Virus record (IMG/VR): IMGVR_UViG_3300017923_000002
Span: 1 to 15,700 of that record
Source of the DNA: a virus
DNA length: 15,700 nt
Strand: one strand, 5' to 3'
Positions 7,461-14,889 of this stretch are shown in pieces (the first letter of the stretch is position 1; every line of letters starts with the position of its first letter). The translations under genes were made by a program, and so were the position numbers. The notes beneath the pieces were generated by a model that was given only the letters and a program-made list of their open reading frames with translations, ran no database searches and was not told the origin of the DNA.

Positions 7461-7491
7461 GGTTTGGTTCGGTTCGGTACGGTTTGGAACC
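7461..7491. repeat. Helically phased GGTT/GGTA repeat array A
   Basis: GGTTTGGTTCGGTTCGGTACGGTTTGGAACC. GGTT at 7461, 7471 and 7481 (10-bp phase), with GGTT/GGTA at 7466 and 7476. Shares GGTTCGGTA(c/t)GGT with array B. Confidence 0.7.
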
Positions 7492-7523
7492 ACAAATAAA
7501 GTCCAGAAGATAAGGTGGATATC

Positions 7524-8006
7524 ATGTCAGAAAAGCCACGGGATACGCAGGGACGGTTCACAAGGTCAAATCCAGGGGGGCCGTCTAAGGAGAAGACGCC
7601 GAAGGATATCCGGGATCTGATTCGCAAGATGGAAGACGGGCATCTGGACCGCCGCCGTCGCATGGCAAAATTGATTGAAGAGGGCCGCGAACTCTTGGGG
7701 GTTTGTGATCCTGAAGAAATAGCAGTCCAGGTTCTTGAACATGACATTGCCACGAACCTTGCCATTGAACGGGTGATCCTGGAGCACGCGAACGAACGGG
7801 AAGATCTGATCGACGAAAGCGGACAACTGATTCCCGCGCTTTCAACTAATCTCTTGAAGTACCAAGAGGCCAAGAGGAAGTCACTGATCGAGCTGAACAG
7901 GATATACGCGCGCCGCCGGGAAGAGGATCGGGCGGACAAAATGACGCGGGACGTCGCGGACATCATCCTGGACGACCAGGGGGGCGACAATGAAGACGAC
8001 GAATAG
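7524..8006 (+). CDS. Small terminase subunit candidate
   Basis: Its position is upstream of terL. The N-terminal GRFTRSNPGGP motif resembles the GxF..NPxG motif seen in many proteins encoded upstream of terL. Has a coiled, charged central region and an acidic C-tail. AAGGTGG lies 5 nt upstream of ATG 7524 (GTG 7515 is the alternative). Confidence 0.5.
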   Translation: MSEKPRDTQGRFTRSNPGGPSKEKTPKDIRDLIRKMEDGHLDRRRRMAKLIEEGRELLGVCDPEEIAVQVLEHDIATNLAIERVILEHANEREDLIDESGQLIPALSTNLLKYQEAKRKSLIELNRIYARRREEDRADKMTRDVADIILDDQGGDNEDDE

Positions 8007-8175
8007 GTGTTCCCACTGCGGGGCCGAGATCGACCGCCGCCGGGGTTATTGTCTGGAATGTGAACGTCGCCTTGGGGAACTGGATCTGGAAACCATCGTC
8101 CGGGCCTTGGCACGTCTGCCAGTGGAGAAACGCCGCGCGATCGTCCGGGGCCTGAACCTGGAGTTTGGCCGATGA
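7990..8175 (+). CDS. Small zinc-ribbon protein (CxxC-x11-CxxC)
   Basis: CSHCGAEIDRRRGYCLEC. Overlaps the TerS-like gene by 17 nt, and its stop overlaps the terL start (ATGA). Confidence 0.5.
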   Translation: MKTTNRCSHCGAEIDRRRGYCLECERRLGELDLETIVRALARLPVEKRRAIVRGLNLEFGR

Positions 8176-9833
8176 GATTCACAGCCGACCAGGTTCGCAA
8201 GTGGAAGGACGGGGCCGCCGGGTTCGAGCAGTGGATAAATGATATCCAGCCAAGGATCATATCTCCCAGGGGCGGGTTCCAGGTATTTGAGTTCGCCGAC
8301 TTCCAGCGGGACGCGATACGCCGGGCCTTGCAGGTTGACCAGGACGGGAACTGGAAGTTCGGGACCATCGGGTTCAGCTTTCCGCGCAGACATTCCAAGA
8401 CGACCTTGAACGCGCTTCTGGTTCTATGGCGGTTCACGCTTTGGCAAACCGAAAACATCAAATGTATGGCGAATTCCGAACGTCAATCTATCTCCGTTGG
8501 CTTCCAGACCCTGAAATCCATCATCCTGAACACTCCGTCGTTGGTTGCTCAGATCGGAAGGGATAACGTCCGTTCATACGAGATCAGATACCCAAAGCTG
8601 CAAAACCTGATTGAAGCCGTTTCCCTGAACATATCCAGCCTATACGGTGAGCGGATTACCGTCGGTTGGGTTTCCGAGATCCACGCCGCGCCGTCTGAAG
8701 AGCCGATGCAAGTCCTGGCTTCCAGCTTGGGCGATTCCCTGAACTCTTGGCTTTTGGTTGATTCTACGGTGGACGCAGTGGGCGGGCCGCTTCATAGGAT
8801 GGAACAGCTGCAAGAGTCCGGGGAAGATCCGACGGTGTTCATCTATCGCATTGAATACGCGGACCTGGCCGAAGCCTTGGAGAAATCGCCGCCTTGGATA
8901 CGCCGGGACTGGTTGAATTCCAGGGCCAAACAGCTTTTGCCTGCCGTCTTTGCTACGCAACATCTGAACCAGAGGGCCGCCGCTGCGAACAACTTGTTTG
9001 CGATCCCGGACATTCGCGCTTGCCAGGAAGACGACGTTCCGAATCCGATTCCAGCCGCTTCATTGGATAGCATGTTCCAGGGGCGGAAATACGTTTGTGG
9101 TGGTGGCCTGGACCGCGCTTTCTTTGGTTCAATCCACGGGGATAAGACGATCTGGACGACGGTTGCCAAGGTTGCGGACCCTGAGAGCAAAGAGCCGGAA
9201 TACTGGATCTTGAATCAGCAAAATATCCTTGGATCTTTGGGGCGGGGGATCAAGAAGGCGATCCGCGAGGACATGGACCGTTTCAAGCTGAAGAACATAT
9301 CCCTGGAATCCTACAATTCGCAGGACATATTCACATGGTGCCTTGAGCAAGGATACCCGGCTGAAGTGATCAGTCCGACCAGTACCACGCAAGCGAACGC
9401 CTTCCCGGAGCTTTATCGTTTGGTTAAAGAACATCGTCTGCGGTTTTCTTATGAGTTAAAGGGCCTGGCCGATGAAATGGAAACATTCGTCTATGAGCTG
9501 AAGAACGGGATTCCAAAGTTCGGGTGCGACAAGTGGCACGACGACCGGATTTATTCCTTGTGTTGGGCCGTCTACGCGCTGCGGAACAAGGAACTGGCTA
9601 CCTATGAGCTAAAGGACATTCACTGCAAGTCCAGGTCTCCGAACGCGCATCTTTGCTACCTGAGACAAGGGGATCTGATCTTGCCATGTTCAAACGAATG
9701 TCCAGCACATTACCACGTTCTGAAGATGTATAACCAATACAGGGAAAGCAACATTGAATCCGAAGCGACGCTGCCGGAGTTTTTTCGGGGAATGGTGAAG
9801 GTGGCCGGGGTGAAGTCATACAAGATGATTTGA
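8172..9833 (+). CDS. terL: Terminase large subunit
   Basis: Walker A-like FPRRHSKTTLNALL (the xRxxxKT terminase style), Walker B-like ITVGWVSE, and an RNaseH-fold nuclease-like GGGLDRAF...DDRIYSLCWAVYAL. The size and the position upstream of the portal both fit. Confidence 0.85.
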   Translation: MRFTADQVRKWKDGAAGFEQWINDIQPRIISPRGGFQVFEFADFQRDAIRRALQVDQDGNWKFGTIGFSFPRRHSKTTLNALLVLWRFTLWQTENIKCMANSERQSISVGFQTLKSIILNTPSLVAQIGRDNVRSYEIRYPKLQNLIEAVSLNISSLYGERITVGWVSEIHAAPSEEPMQVLASSLGDSLNSWLLVDSTVDAVGGPLHRMEQLQESGEDPTVFIYRIEYADLAEALEKSPPWIRRDWLNSRAKQLLPAVFATQHLNQRAAAANNLFAIPDIRACQEDDVPNPIPAASLDSMFQGRKYVCGGGLDRAFFGSIHGDKTIWTTVAKVADPESKEPEYWILNQQNILGSLGRGIKKAIREDMDRFKLKNISLESYNSQDIFTWCLEQGYPAEVISPTSTTQANAFPELYRLVKEHRLRFSYELKGLADEMETFVYELKNGIPKFGCDKWHDDRIYSLCWAVYALRNKELATYELKDIHCKSRSPNAHLCYLRQGDLILPCSNECPAHYHVLKMYNQYRESNIESEATLPEFFRGMVKVAGVKSYKMI

Positions 9834-9840
9834 GGGAAAC

Positions 9841-10377
9841 ATGATCATACTACAAGACACAAGAGAACAGCGACCGTTCACCTTTGAGCGGTTCGACGAT
9901 GTAATGGTTCAGGCTGAAGGGTTGCCGGTGGGCGATTATTCGATCCCTGGTTTCACTGATCGGGTGGGGATCGAGCGCAAGGAATTGAACGACCTGATCG
10001 GGTGTTTCACTTCAGAGCGGGAACGGTTCGAGCGTGAGCTTTCCAAGGCCAGGCATTTTGAGCTTTTTTGTATCGTGGTTGAATCCGAGCTTTCCGACCT
10101 GGCCGACGGAAATTACAGATCCGAGATGAACCCGGCATCCGCGATTCAAAGTATGGTTGCCTTTATGGTTCGTTATCGGGTGCCGTTTCTGTTCTGCAAG
10201 GATCGACGCGGGGCCGAATACATGACGTATTCACTTTTGACGAAATACGCGCGGGAATTAGAAAAACGATATCAGCACATGACTAAGCACTGTTTCAGTG
10301 AAGCTGAGGCCGAGAAACAGCTTATTGGTTTGCAAGGTAAGATGCAGGGGAAAAAGTCGAATGTGAAACGAGCGTGA
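9841..10377 (+). CDS. ERCC4/XPF-Mus81-type structure-specific nuclease
   Basis: DTREQ...VGDYSI...GIERKELNDLIGCF matches the ERCC4 signature GDx(n)ERKxxxD. GAGGGA RBS upstream. Confidence 0.75.
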   Translation: MIILQDTREQRPFTFERFDDVMVQAEGLPVGDYSIPGFTDRVGIERKELNDLIGCFTSERERFERELSKARHFELFCIVVESELSDLADGNYRSEMNPASAIQSMVAFMVRYRVPFLFCKDRRGAEYMTYSLLTKYARELEKRYQHMTKHCFSEAEAEKQLIGLQGKMQGKKSNVKRA

Positions 10378-10402
10378 AATATCTACCTTGGAAGGGTAAA
10401 GC

Positions 10403-10618
10403 ATGTATGACGACGAAATTTTGGTGGGCCTGGACGAGATCCGGGTTTTTATGAGACGTGGAAGGCGAACGGTTTTGAAGATGTTACAGAACGGGGAAAT
10501 CCCTGCAAAGATGGTTCATGGTGCATATATGACCACGAAATCAAGGATCATTGCATGGCTGAACGATCAGCCAGTGGACAAGGTAACGAATAACCACGTC
10601 AAGGAACTGAAGAGATAA
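10403..10618 (+). CDS. Excisionase/AlpA-like HTH DNA-binding protein
   Basis: VGLDEIRVFMRRGRRTVLKMLQNGEIPAKMVHGAYMTTKSRIIAWL has the typical small winged-HTH layout. Confidence 0.6.
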   Translation: MYDDEILVGLDEIRVFMRRGRRTVLKMLQNGEIPAKMVHGAYMTTKSRIIAWLNDQPVDKVTNNHVKELKR

Positions 10619-10630
10619 CGAATTGACCAT

Positions 10631-10772
10631 TGAACCAAACGGTTGGGTTCGGTATGGTACATGATAGAGTCAACCGGGTGGAAACCATACGGTTGCAAAC
10701 GGTACCGAACGGTTCCAAGTGGTACCATATAGAACCAAACCAAACCAGACCAGGCGAAACCATATAGAACCA
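10631..10772. repeat. Helically phased AAC|GGT(T/A) repeat array B, plus a 14-bp direct repeat
   Basis: GGTT/GGTA at 10641, 10651, 10691, 10701, 10711 and 10721. Decamers ending in xAC run through 10631-10770. GGTACC at 10701 and 10721. ACCATATAGAACCA at 10724-10737 and 10759-10772. Confidence 0.75.
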
Positions 10773-12289
10773 TGCTATTTCAAAGCAAGGCTAAGGAATT
10801 AACTGATATCACATATCAGGCCGCAATATCTCAGGTGAACAATGAGCGCAAGGCCGAAGTTCGTCGCCGTCTGGATATGTACCACGACGACCAGGTGGAC
10901 TATCTCCGGGACGCGCTCCGCCGGAACTTCCAGAACCCGAAGGATTTGACGCCTTGCTTTATCAATATCGTCAAGAAGATCGTCGATAACCTGGCTATGG
11001 TTTATATCCGCGACGCAAGCCGGGACGTCGAGGGTAAGGAACGCGACCGGGAAATCTTCGCGGAAATCACGCGGACCAGTTCTTTACCCATCAAGCTGAA
11101 GCTGGCTTCGCGGTACACAAAACTTTTGAAATCCGTGCTTCTCCGTCCGGTTTGGAGAAATGGAAAGATGGATCTGGACGTCCTGACCGGCGACGTGGTG
11201 GACGTCGTGAGCGGGGATACGCCGGAAGACGTTCGTTCCATTATGGTTACGCATTTTCCCGAATCGAACCAAAAAGAAGACCTGGAATATACGCGCTGGA
11301 CGCCGGAAACCGTCGAGCGGTTGAACTATCGGGGCCAGGTGATCGAATCAGATCCGAACCCCTACGGGATCTTGCCGTTTGTTCCATGTTGGGACCGAAT
11401 CCCGACGTCTGACTTTTGGTTGCCGGGCGGGGATGATCTGATCGTCCTTCAGGAAGCCATAAACGAAAAGCTGACCGACCTACTTTATACGCTCCGTATG
11501 CAAGGCTTCGGTGTTGGTTGGGCCAGGGGCATGGGGGAAAATGAACCTTCCCTGGTAGGGCCTGGCACCATGTTCAACTTGCCAGAGGAAGGGGCGATCG
11601 GGTTTGAGTCAACCAAGGCTCCGATTGATCAGATCGTTGGCGCAATCGACAAGCTGATCAAGTGGGCCGCGATATCGAACGGGCTTCCCGCTGGATCTCT
11701 GAGCACCGAACCGACGGACGAATCCGGTGTTTCCAAGATCGTATCAAACCGGGAGCTGGACGAACGCCGCCGGGATGACGTCGCGCTTTGGGAGCAATAC
11801 GAGCGGAACCTTTTCGACGTATTCAAGATCGTTTGGAACGTACACAATCCGGGCCGCAAGATCTCCGAGTCGTCTTCCCTTTGGTTAGACTTCTACGATC
11901 CGAGTCCGCAGCAGGACCAGGCCAAGCAAGCCGAAACCTGGACCAAACTTCTGGCCGCCGGAGTGATCAGCCGGGTGGATGTCATTTTGGAGAAAAACCC
12001 GGATTTGAAGAGCCGGGACGAAGCCAAGGAATTCCTAAAAGAGATCGAGCAGGAACAAGCCGACTTCGCGCAGCCGGTGAACCTTGAGGATCTTCTGAGA
12101 GCCAAGAGCCTGAACGTATTACCGCGCGGGGTGATTATCAAGGAATTGGTACGCCGGGGGATTATCTCCGAAGATATTGATCCGGTGGAAGTGGAAGCCA
12201 TGTTTGCAAGTGAGAACCGGACCAGCTCCGCTTTTCCGCTGCGGACGACTGCACAAGACCGGGCCGCTTCATTGAACACGGAAGGATAA
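10772..12289 (+). CDS. Portal protein (putative)
   Basis: 505 aa, located downstream of terL and upstream of scaffold and MCP. The call rests on position, size and composition only. No SD sequence precedes the ATG. Confidence 0.6.
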   Translation: MLFQSKAKELTDITYQAAISQVNNERKAEVRRRLDMYHDDQVDYLRDALRRNFQNPKDLTPCFINIVKKIVDNLAMVYIRDASRDVEGKERDREIFAEITRTSSLPIKLKLASRYTKLLKSVLLRPVWRNGKMDLDVLTGDVVDVVSGDTPEDVRSIMVTHFPESNQKEDLEYTRWTPETVERLNYRGQVIESDPNPYGILPFVPCWDRIPTSDFWLPGGDDLIVLQEAINEKLTDLLYTLRMQGFGVGWARGMGENEPSLVGPGTMFNLPEEGAIGFESTKAPIDQIVGAIDKLIKWAAISNGLPAGSLSTEPTDESGVSKIVSNRELDERRRDDVALWEQYERNLFDVFKIVWNVHNPGRKISESSSLWLDFYDPSPQQDQAKQAETWTKLLAAGVISRVDVILEKNPDLKSRDEAKEFLKEIEQEQADFAQPVNLEDLLRAKSLNVLPRGVIIKELVRRGIISEDIDPVEVEAMFASENRTSSAFPLRTTAQDRAASLNTEG

Positions 12290-12292
12290 GCC

Positions 12293-12634
12293 ATGTCATT
12301 TTACCATAATGAAACAGATCTTTTGACCGGGGAAGGGACGCTTTCCGTATCCTCTGGTTACAACAGGCATCAACTGAAGATCGAAGCCTACAATTCAAGC
12401 GGGGAAGTCGCGGACGGTGTTTCCGCTTATGTCTCCGTTTCGGGCCGGGTTTCAGGGGCCACGGGGTTTGATCCTCTTGGAGAGATCCAGCTTTACAGTG
12501 GAAGGCAGATTTTGAAGATCAACGCCAAGGTTTCGGAATTAAAATTCCAGCCAAAGGACTTGACCCAGGAAGGACCGCCGGACGGTTTCCCTTCAGGTTA
12601 TTCATATAAAGTTTTTTGGAGAGCACTAGACTAA
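12293..12634 (+). CDS. Hypothetical structural-module protein (113 aa, beta-rich)
   Basis: GGAAGGA RBS upstream. Located between the portal and scaffold genes. Confidence 0.5.
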   Translation: MSFYHNETDLLTGEGTLSVSSGYNRHQLKIEAYNSSGEVADGVSAYVSVSGRVSGATGFDPLGEIQLYSGRQILKINAKVSELKFQPKDLTQEGPPDGFPSGYSYKVFWRALD

Positions 12635-12666
12635 TCCGCCGCCGGGCGTAAATCGGGGGGTTGATC

Positions 12667-13089
12667 ATGTCACAAGATCCGAATCAGAACCAGCACGTCG
12701 CCGCCGACGATACAGGCGCAAACGACCAGGGCCAGAACCAGAACCAGGGCCAAAACCAACACGACGGGCACGCCGCCGATAAGGGCGAAAAGTCGGTTCC
12801 GTATGCGCGCTTTCAACAGGTTAACGAACAAAAGAAAGCTGCAGAAGGAACCCTGCAGGAGTTGGTTGACGAATTAAAGCAGGATATCCCGGAGGATATG
12901 CAAGACCTGGTTCCGAACGGATTGAATCCGGCTGATCAAGTCCGCTGGATTAGAAATGCCATGAAAAAGGGCCTTTTCTCCCAGGGCCAGGCGCAAGACG
13001 GGCCAGACCCGAAGCGAGCCGGGGGGAAGCCGCCGACGGATTTTGAGGGCATGAGTCCACAATCCATCATGGCGCAAGGATACAAGTAA
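12667..13089 (+). CDS. Scaffolding protein (putative)
   Basis: Immediately upstream of the MCP gene. Q/N/D-rich disordered N-terminus, then VPYARFQQVNEQKKAAEGTLQELVDELK, a helical motif typical of phage scaffolds. GGGGGG lies 6 nt upstream of ATG 12667 (TTG 12661 is the alternative). Confidence 0.6.
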   Translation: MSQDPNQNQHVAADDTGANDQGQNQNQGQNQHDGHAADKGEKSVPYARFQQVNEQKKAAEGTLQELVDELKQDIPEDMQDLVPNGLNPADQVRWIRNAMKKGLFSQGQAQDGPDPKRAGGKPPTDFEGMSPQSIMAQGYK

Positions 13090-13112
13090 ACAACATCAAG
13101 AGGTGAACTGAT

Positions 13113-14027
13113 ATGTCTATCACTTTGCTTGAAGCTGCAAAATTGGTTCAAGATCCGCTGAAACGTGGGGTGATCGAGATCTTCCCGCGCGTATCTCCGG
13201 TTCTGGAACGCTTGCCGTTCTTTGGAGTTAACGGGCAAGCATACGTTTATAACCAGGAAGAAACCCTTCCCGGTGTTGCCTTTCGCGGGATAAATGAAAG
13301 CTATACCGAGTCAACCGGAGTCGTGAATCCGCAGACCGAACGCCTTTACGTCTTGGGCGGAACCAGCAAGGTTGACCGCGCTTTGGTTAAGACCCAAGGC
13401 AACGTCAACAATCTCCGGGCGACGTATGACGGGATGAAGGCAAAGGCCGTTTCCCTGGAATATACCAAGAAGTTTTTCAAGGGCGATAATTCCAGCGACG
13501 TGAACGAGTTCGACGGGCTGGAAAATCGTTTGACCGGGGATCAGGTGGTGGATCAGGGTTCCACGTCCGGGGGCGACGCGCTGACCCTTGCCAAGCTGGA
13601 CGAGATGATCGACCAGGTGCAGGGAACGCCGGACGTTTTGTTTATGAACAAGACGCTTCGCCGGAAAGTCAATACCCTGATGAGATCCGCAGGCCAGGCC
13701 ACGGAAACCGTGAGCGATTCCTTCGGGCGACAAATTCCCGCATACGCCGGAATTCCGATTGCCGTCGTCGAAGAGGATAAGGACGGAAACCTTATTTTGG
13801 CTTTCGACGAAGACAATCCGGGGGGCGGGACCGCCGCGTCCAGTTCCATTTACGCCGTCCGCTTCGGGGCCGCCGAATACGTTTCGGGCCTTCAGGCCGG
13901 TTCAATGGATGTGATAGACTTGGGCCTTGACGTAACTTACTATAAGACCCTGATCGAATGGATCACGGGCTTGGGTGTTTTCCATCCGAAATCCGCCGCC
14001 AGGCTCCGGGGCATCAAAAACGCATAA
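13113..14027 (+). CDS. Major capsid protein (HK97-fold candidate)
   Basis: 304 aa. GAGGTG RBS upstream. The N-terminal pattern LLEAAKLVQDPLKRGVIEIF...LERLPF..VNGQAYVYNQEETLPGVAFRGINESY resembles a recurrent phage MCP family. Sits after the scaffold gene. Confidence 0.7.
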   Translation: MSITLLEAAKLVQDPLKRGVIEIFPRVSPVLERLPFFGVNGQAYVYNQEETLPGVAFRGINESYTESTGVVNPQTERLYVLGGTSKVDRALVKTQGNVNNLRATYDGMKAKAVSLEYTKKFFKGDNSSDVNEFDGLENRLTGDQVVDQGSTSGGDALTLAKLDEMIDQVQGTPDVLFMNKTLRRKVNTLMRSAGQATETVSDSFGRQIPAYAGIPIAVVEEDKDGNLILAFDEDNPGGGTAASSSIYAVRFGAAEYVSGLQAGSMDVIDLGLDVTYYKTLIEWITGLGVFHPKSAARLRGIKNA

Positions 14028-14040
14028 TGGGGGTTAAACC

Positions 14041-14460
14041 ATGATTGATAATGATCTGATAATGAAAGACGCGGGTTTGGTTGCCAGCTCCGCAGCCGCC
14101 ACGGTGGGCGGGGAAGCTCAGGTGGTGGATGTCGGGGAAGGCATCGTCAAGGGCGAATTGGTGGTTGACGTGACCGCGATTGAAATCGCCGACAATGACG
14201 AGTTGTTCAAGATCAGCTTGCAGGGTTCAAGCAAGTCCGATTTCGCCGACACATTCGAGGATTTGGTGATCCTGGAGCTTGGGGCCGCCGAAGTGTTGGG
14301 CGGGGACCAGGACAGTACCACGGGCCGCTATGTGGTACCATTCCGAACCGAACGGAACCAAACCGTTTATGATCAGCTTCGCGTTTATACGACTGTAAGC
14401 GGAACCGTCGGAACGGGGATCAACTTTTCCGCGTACCTGCGACCGCAGACAAAGCAATAA
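14041..14460 (+). CDS. Capsid-associated (decoration/cement-like) protein candidate
   Basis: 139 aa, directly after the MCP gene. Beta-rich; motifs GELVVDVTAIEIADNDELFKISLQGS. Assignment is by position only. Confidence 0.4.
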   Translation: MIDNDLIMKDAGLVASSAAATVGGEAQVVDVGEGIVKGELVVDVTAIEIADNDELFKISLQGSSKSDFADTFEDLVILELGAAEVLGGDQDSTTGRYVVPFRTERNQTVYDQLRVYTTVSGTVGTGINFSAYLRPQTKQ

Positions 14461-14483
14461 ACCTTCAGGGTTTATATATATCG

Positions 14484-14591
14484 GGCAAGGGGTGAGTGCC
14501 TTGCCATTGCCGGCAGTTTTTCTCGCGTTTACTGCCGGCTGTTATCGGCCGCCGATTGATCGGGACATGACCAGGCGGAGAAAGTATGTCC
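14484..14591. promoter_or_regulatory. Cluster of four dyad symmetries/hairpins in the long spacer
   Basis: GGCAAGG/CCTTGCC (14484-14505). GCCGGCAGT-13 nt-ACTGCCGGC (14509-14539). ATCGGC-C-GCCGAT (14544-14556). GGACAT-17 nt-ATGTCC (14563-14591). Confidence 0.5.
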
Positions 14592-14660
14592 TGATCCGGG
14601 ACCGGAGATCCCGAAAACGGGCCGCGCGCCTTCTCCAGCTTCACGCTTCCTTCCTTTGGT

Positions 14661-14696
14661 AAAGGGCCGGGGTTTTTCCCTGGCCTTTTGCTTTTG
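14661..14696 (+). terminator. Rho-independent terminator
   Basis: GGCCGGGG/CCCTGGCC stem (one G-U pair) with a TTTTT loop, followed by TTTTGCTTTTG. The upstream AAA can extend the stem. Confidence 0.7.
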
Positions 14697-14834
14697 TCAA
14701 TCCTTCCAGTTGGTTATCTCCATTCACACAAGCCGTATTTTCCGCCTTTTGGGTTTGACCCGACCTGGAACACGGGGGACGGGAAAATTTTTGCTCAAAT
14801 CGAAAATTTGGGCGACTTTTTTTTGATTTTCCTA

Positions 14835-14863
14835 TTGACAATAGCCAACACAACATTCATAAT
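14835..14863 (+). promoter_or_regulatory. Sigma70-type promoter of the recombinase operon
   Basis: TTGACA (14835-14840), exactly 17 bp spacer, CATAAT (14858-14863). Upstream A/T tracts include GAAAATTT at 14783 and 14802. AAAGGGGGA RBS before ATG 14890. Confidence 0.7.
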
Positions 14864-14889
14864 GCTATCAACAAACAAAGGGGGATCAT

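Noticed and set aside
7382-8461. 359-aa minus-strand ORF, the longest antisense ORF in the track
   Set aside because: It lies entirely antisense to three well-supported, overlapping + strand genes (TerS-like, Zn-ribbon, TerL). Its R/S/P-rich low-complexity composition is typical of the shadow frame of GC-rich coding DNA, and no RBS is visible.
10567-10773. 68-aa minus-strand ORF across the spacer before the portal gene
   Set aside because: It is an artefact of the stop-free GGTT/AACC repeat array. Its W/G/V/Y-rich sequence simply mirrors the repeat.
12676-12790. Low-complexity CAG/AAC-rich DNA (QNQNQGQNQ) in the scaffold gene, and a similar GACCAGGACCAAGAG stretch at 2221-2250 in the RHH gene
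   Set aside because: Both are in frame within coding regions and encode disordered Q/N/D-rich tails. They are not true tandem repeats, and there is no evidence of phase variation.
14740-14780. GGGTTTGACCC hairpin as a possible tRNA 3' fragment marking attP
   Set aside because: It does not match the T-arm consensus (GGTTCGAATCC), and no acceptor-stem or CCA context is present.
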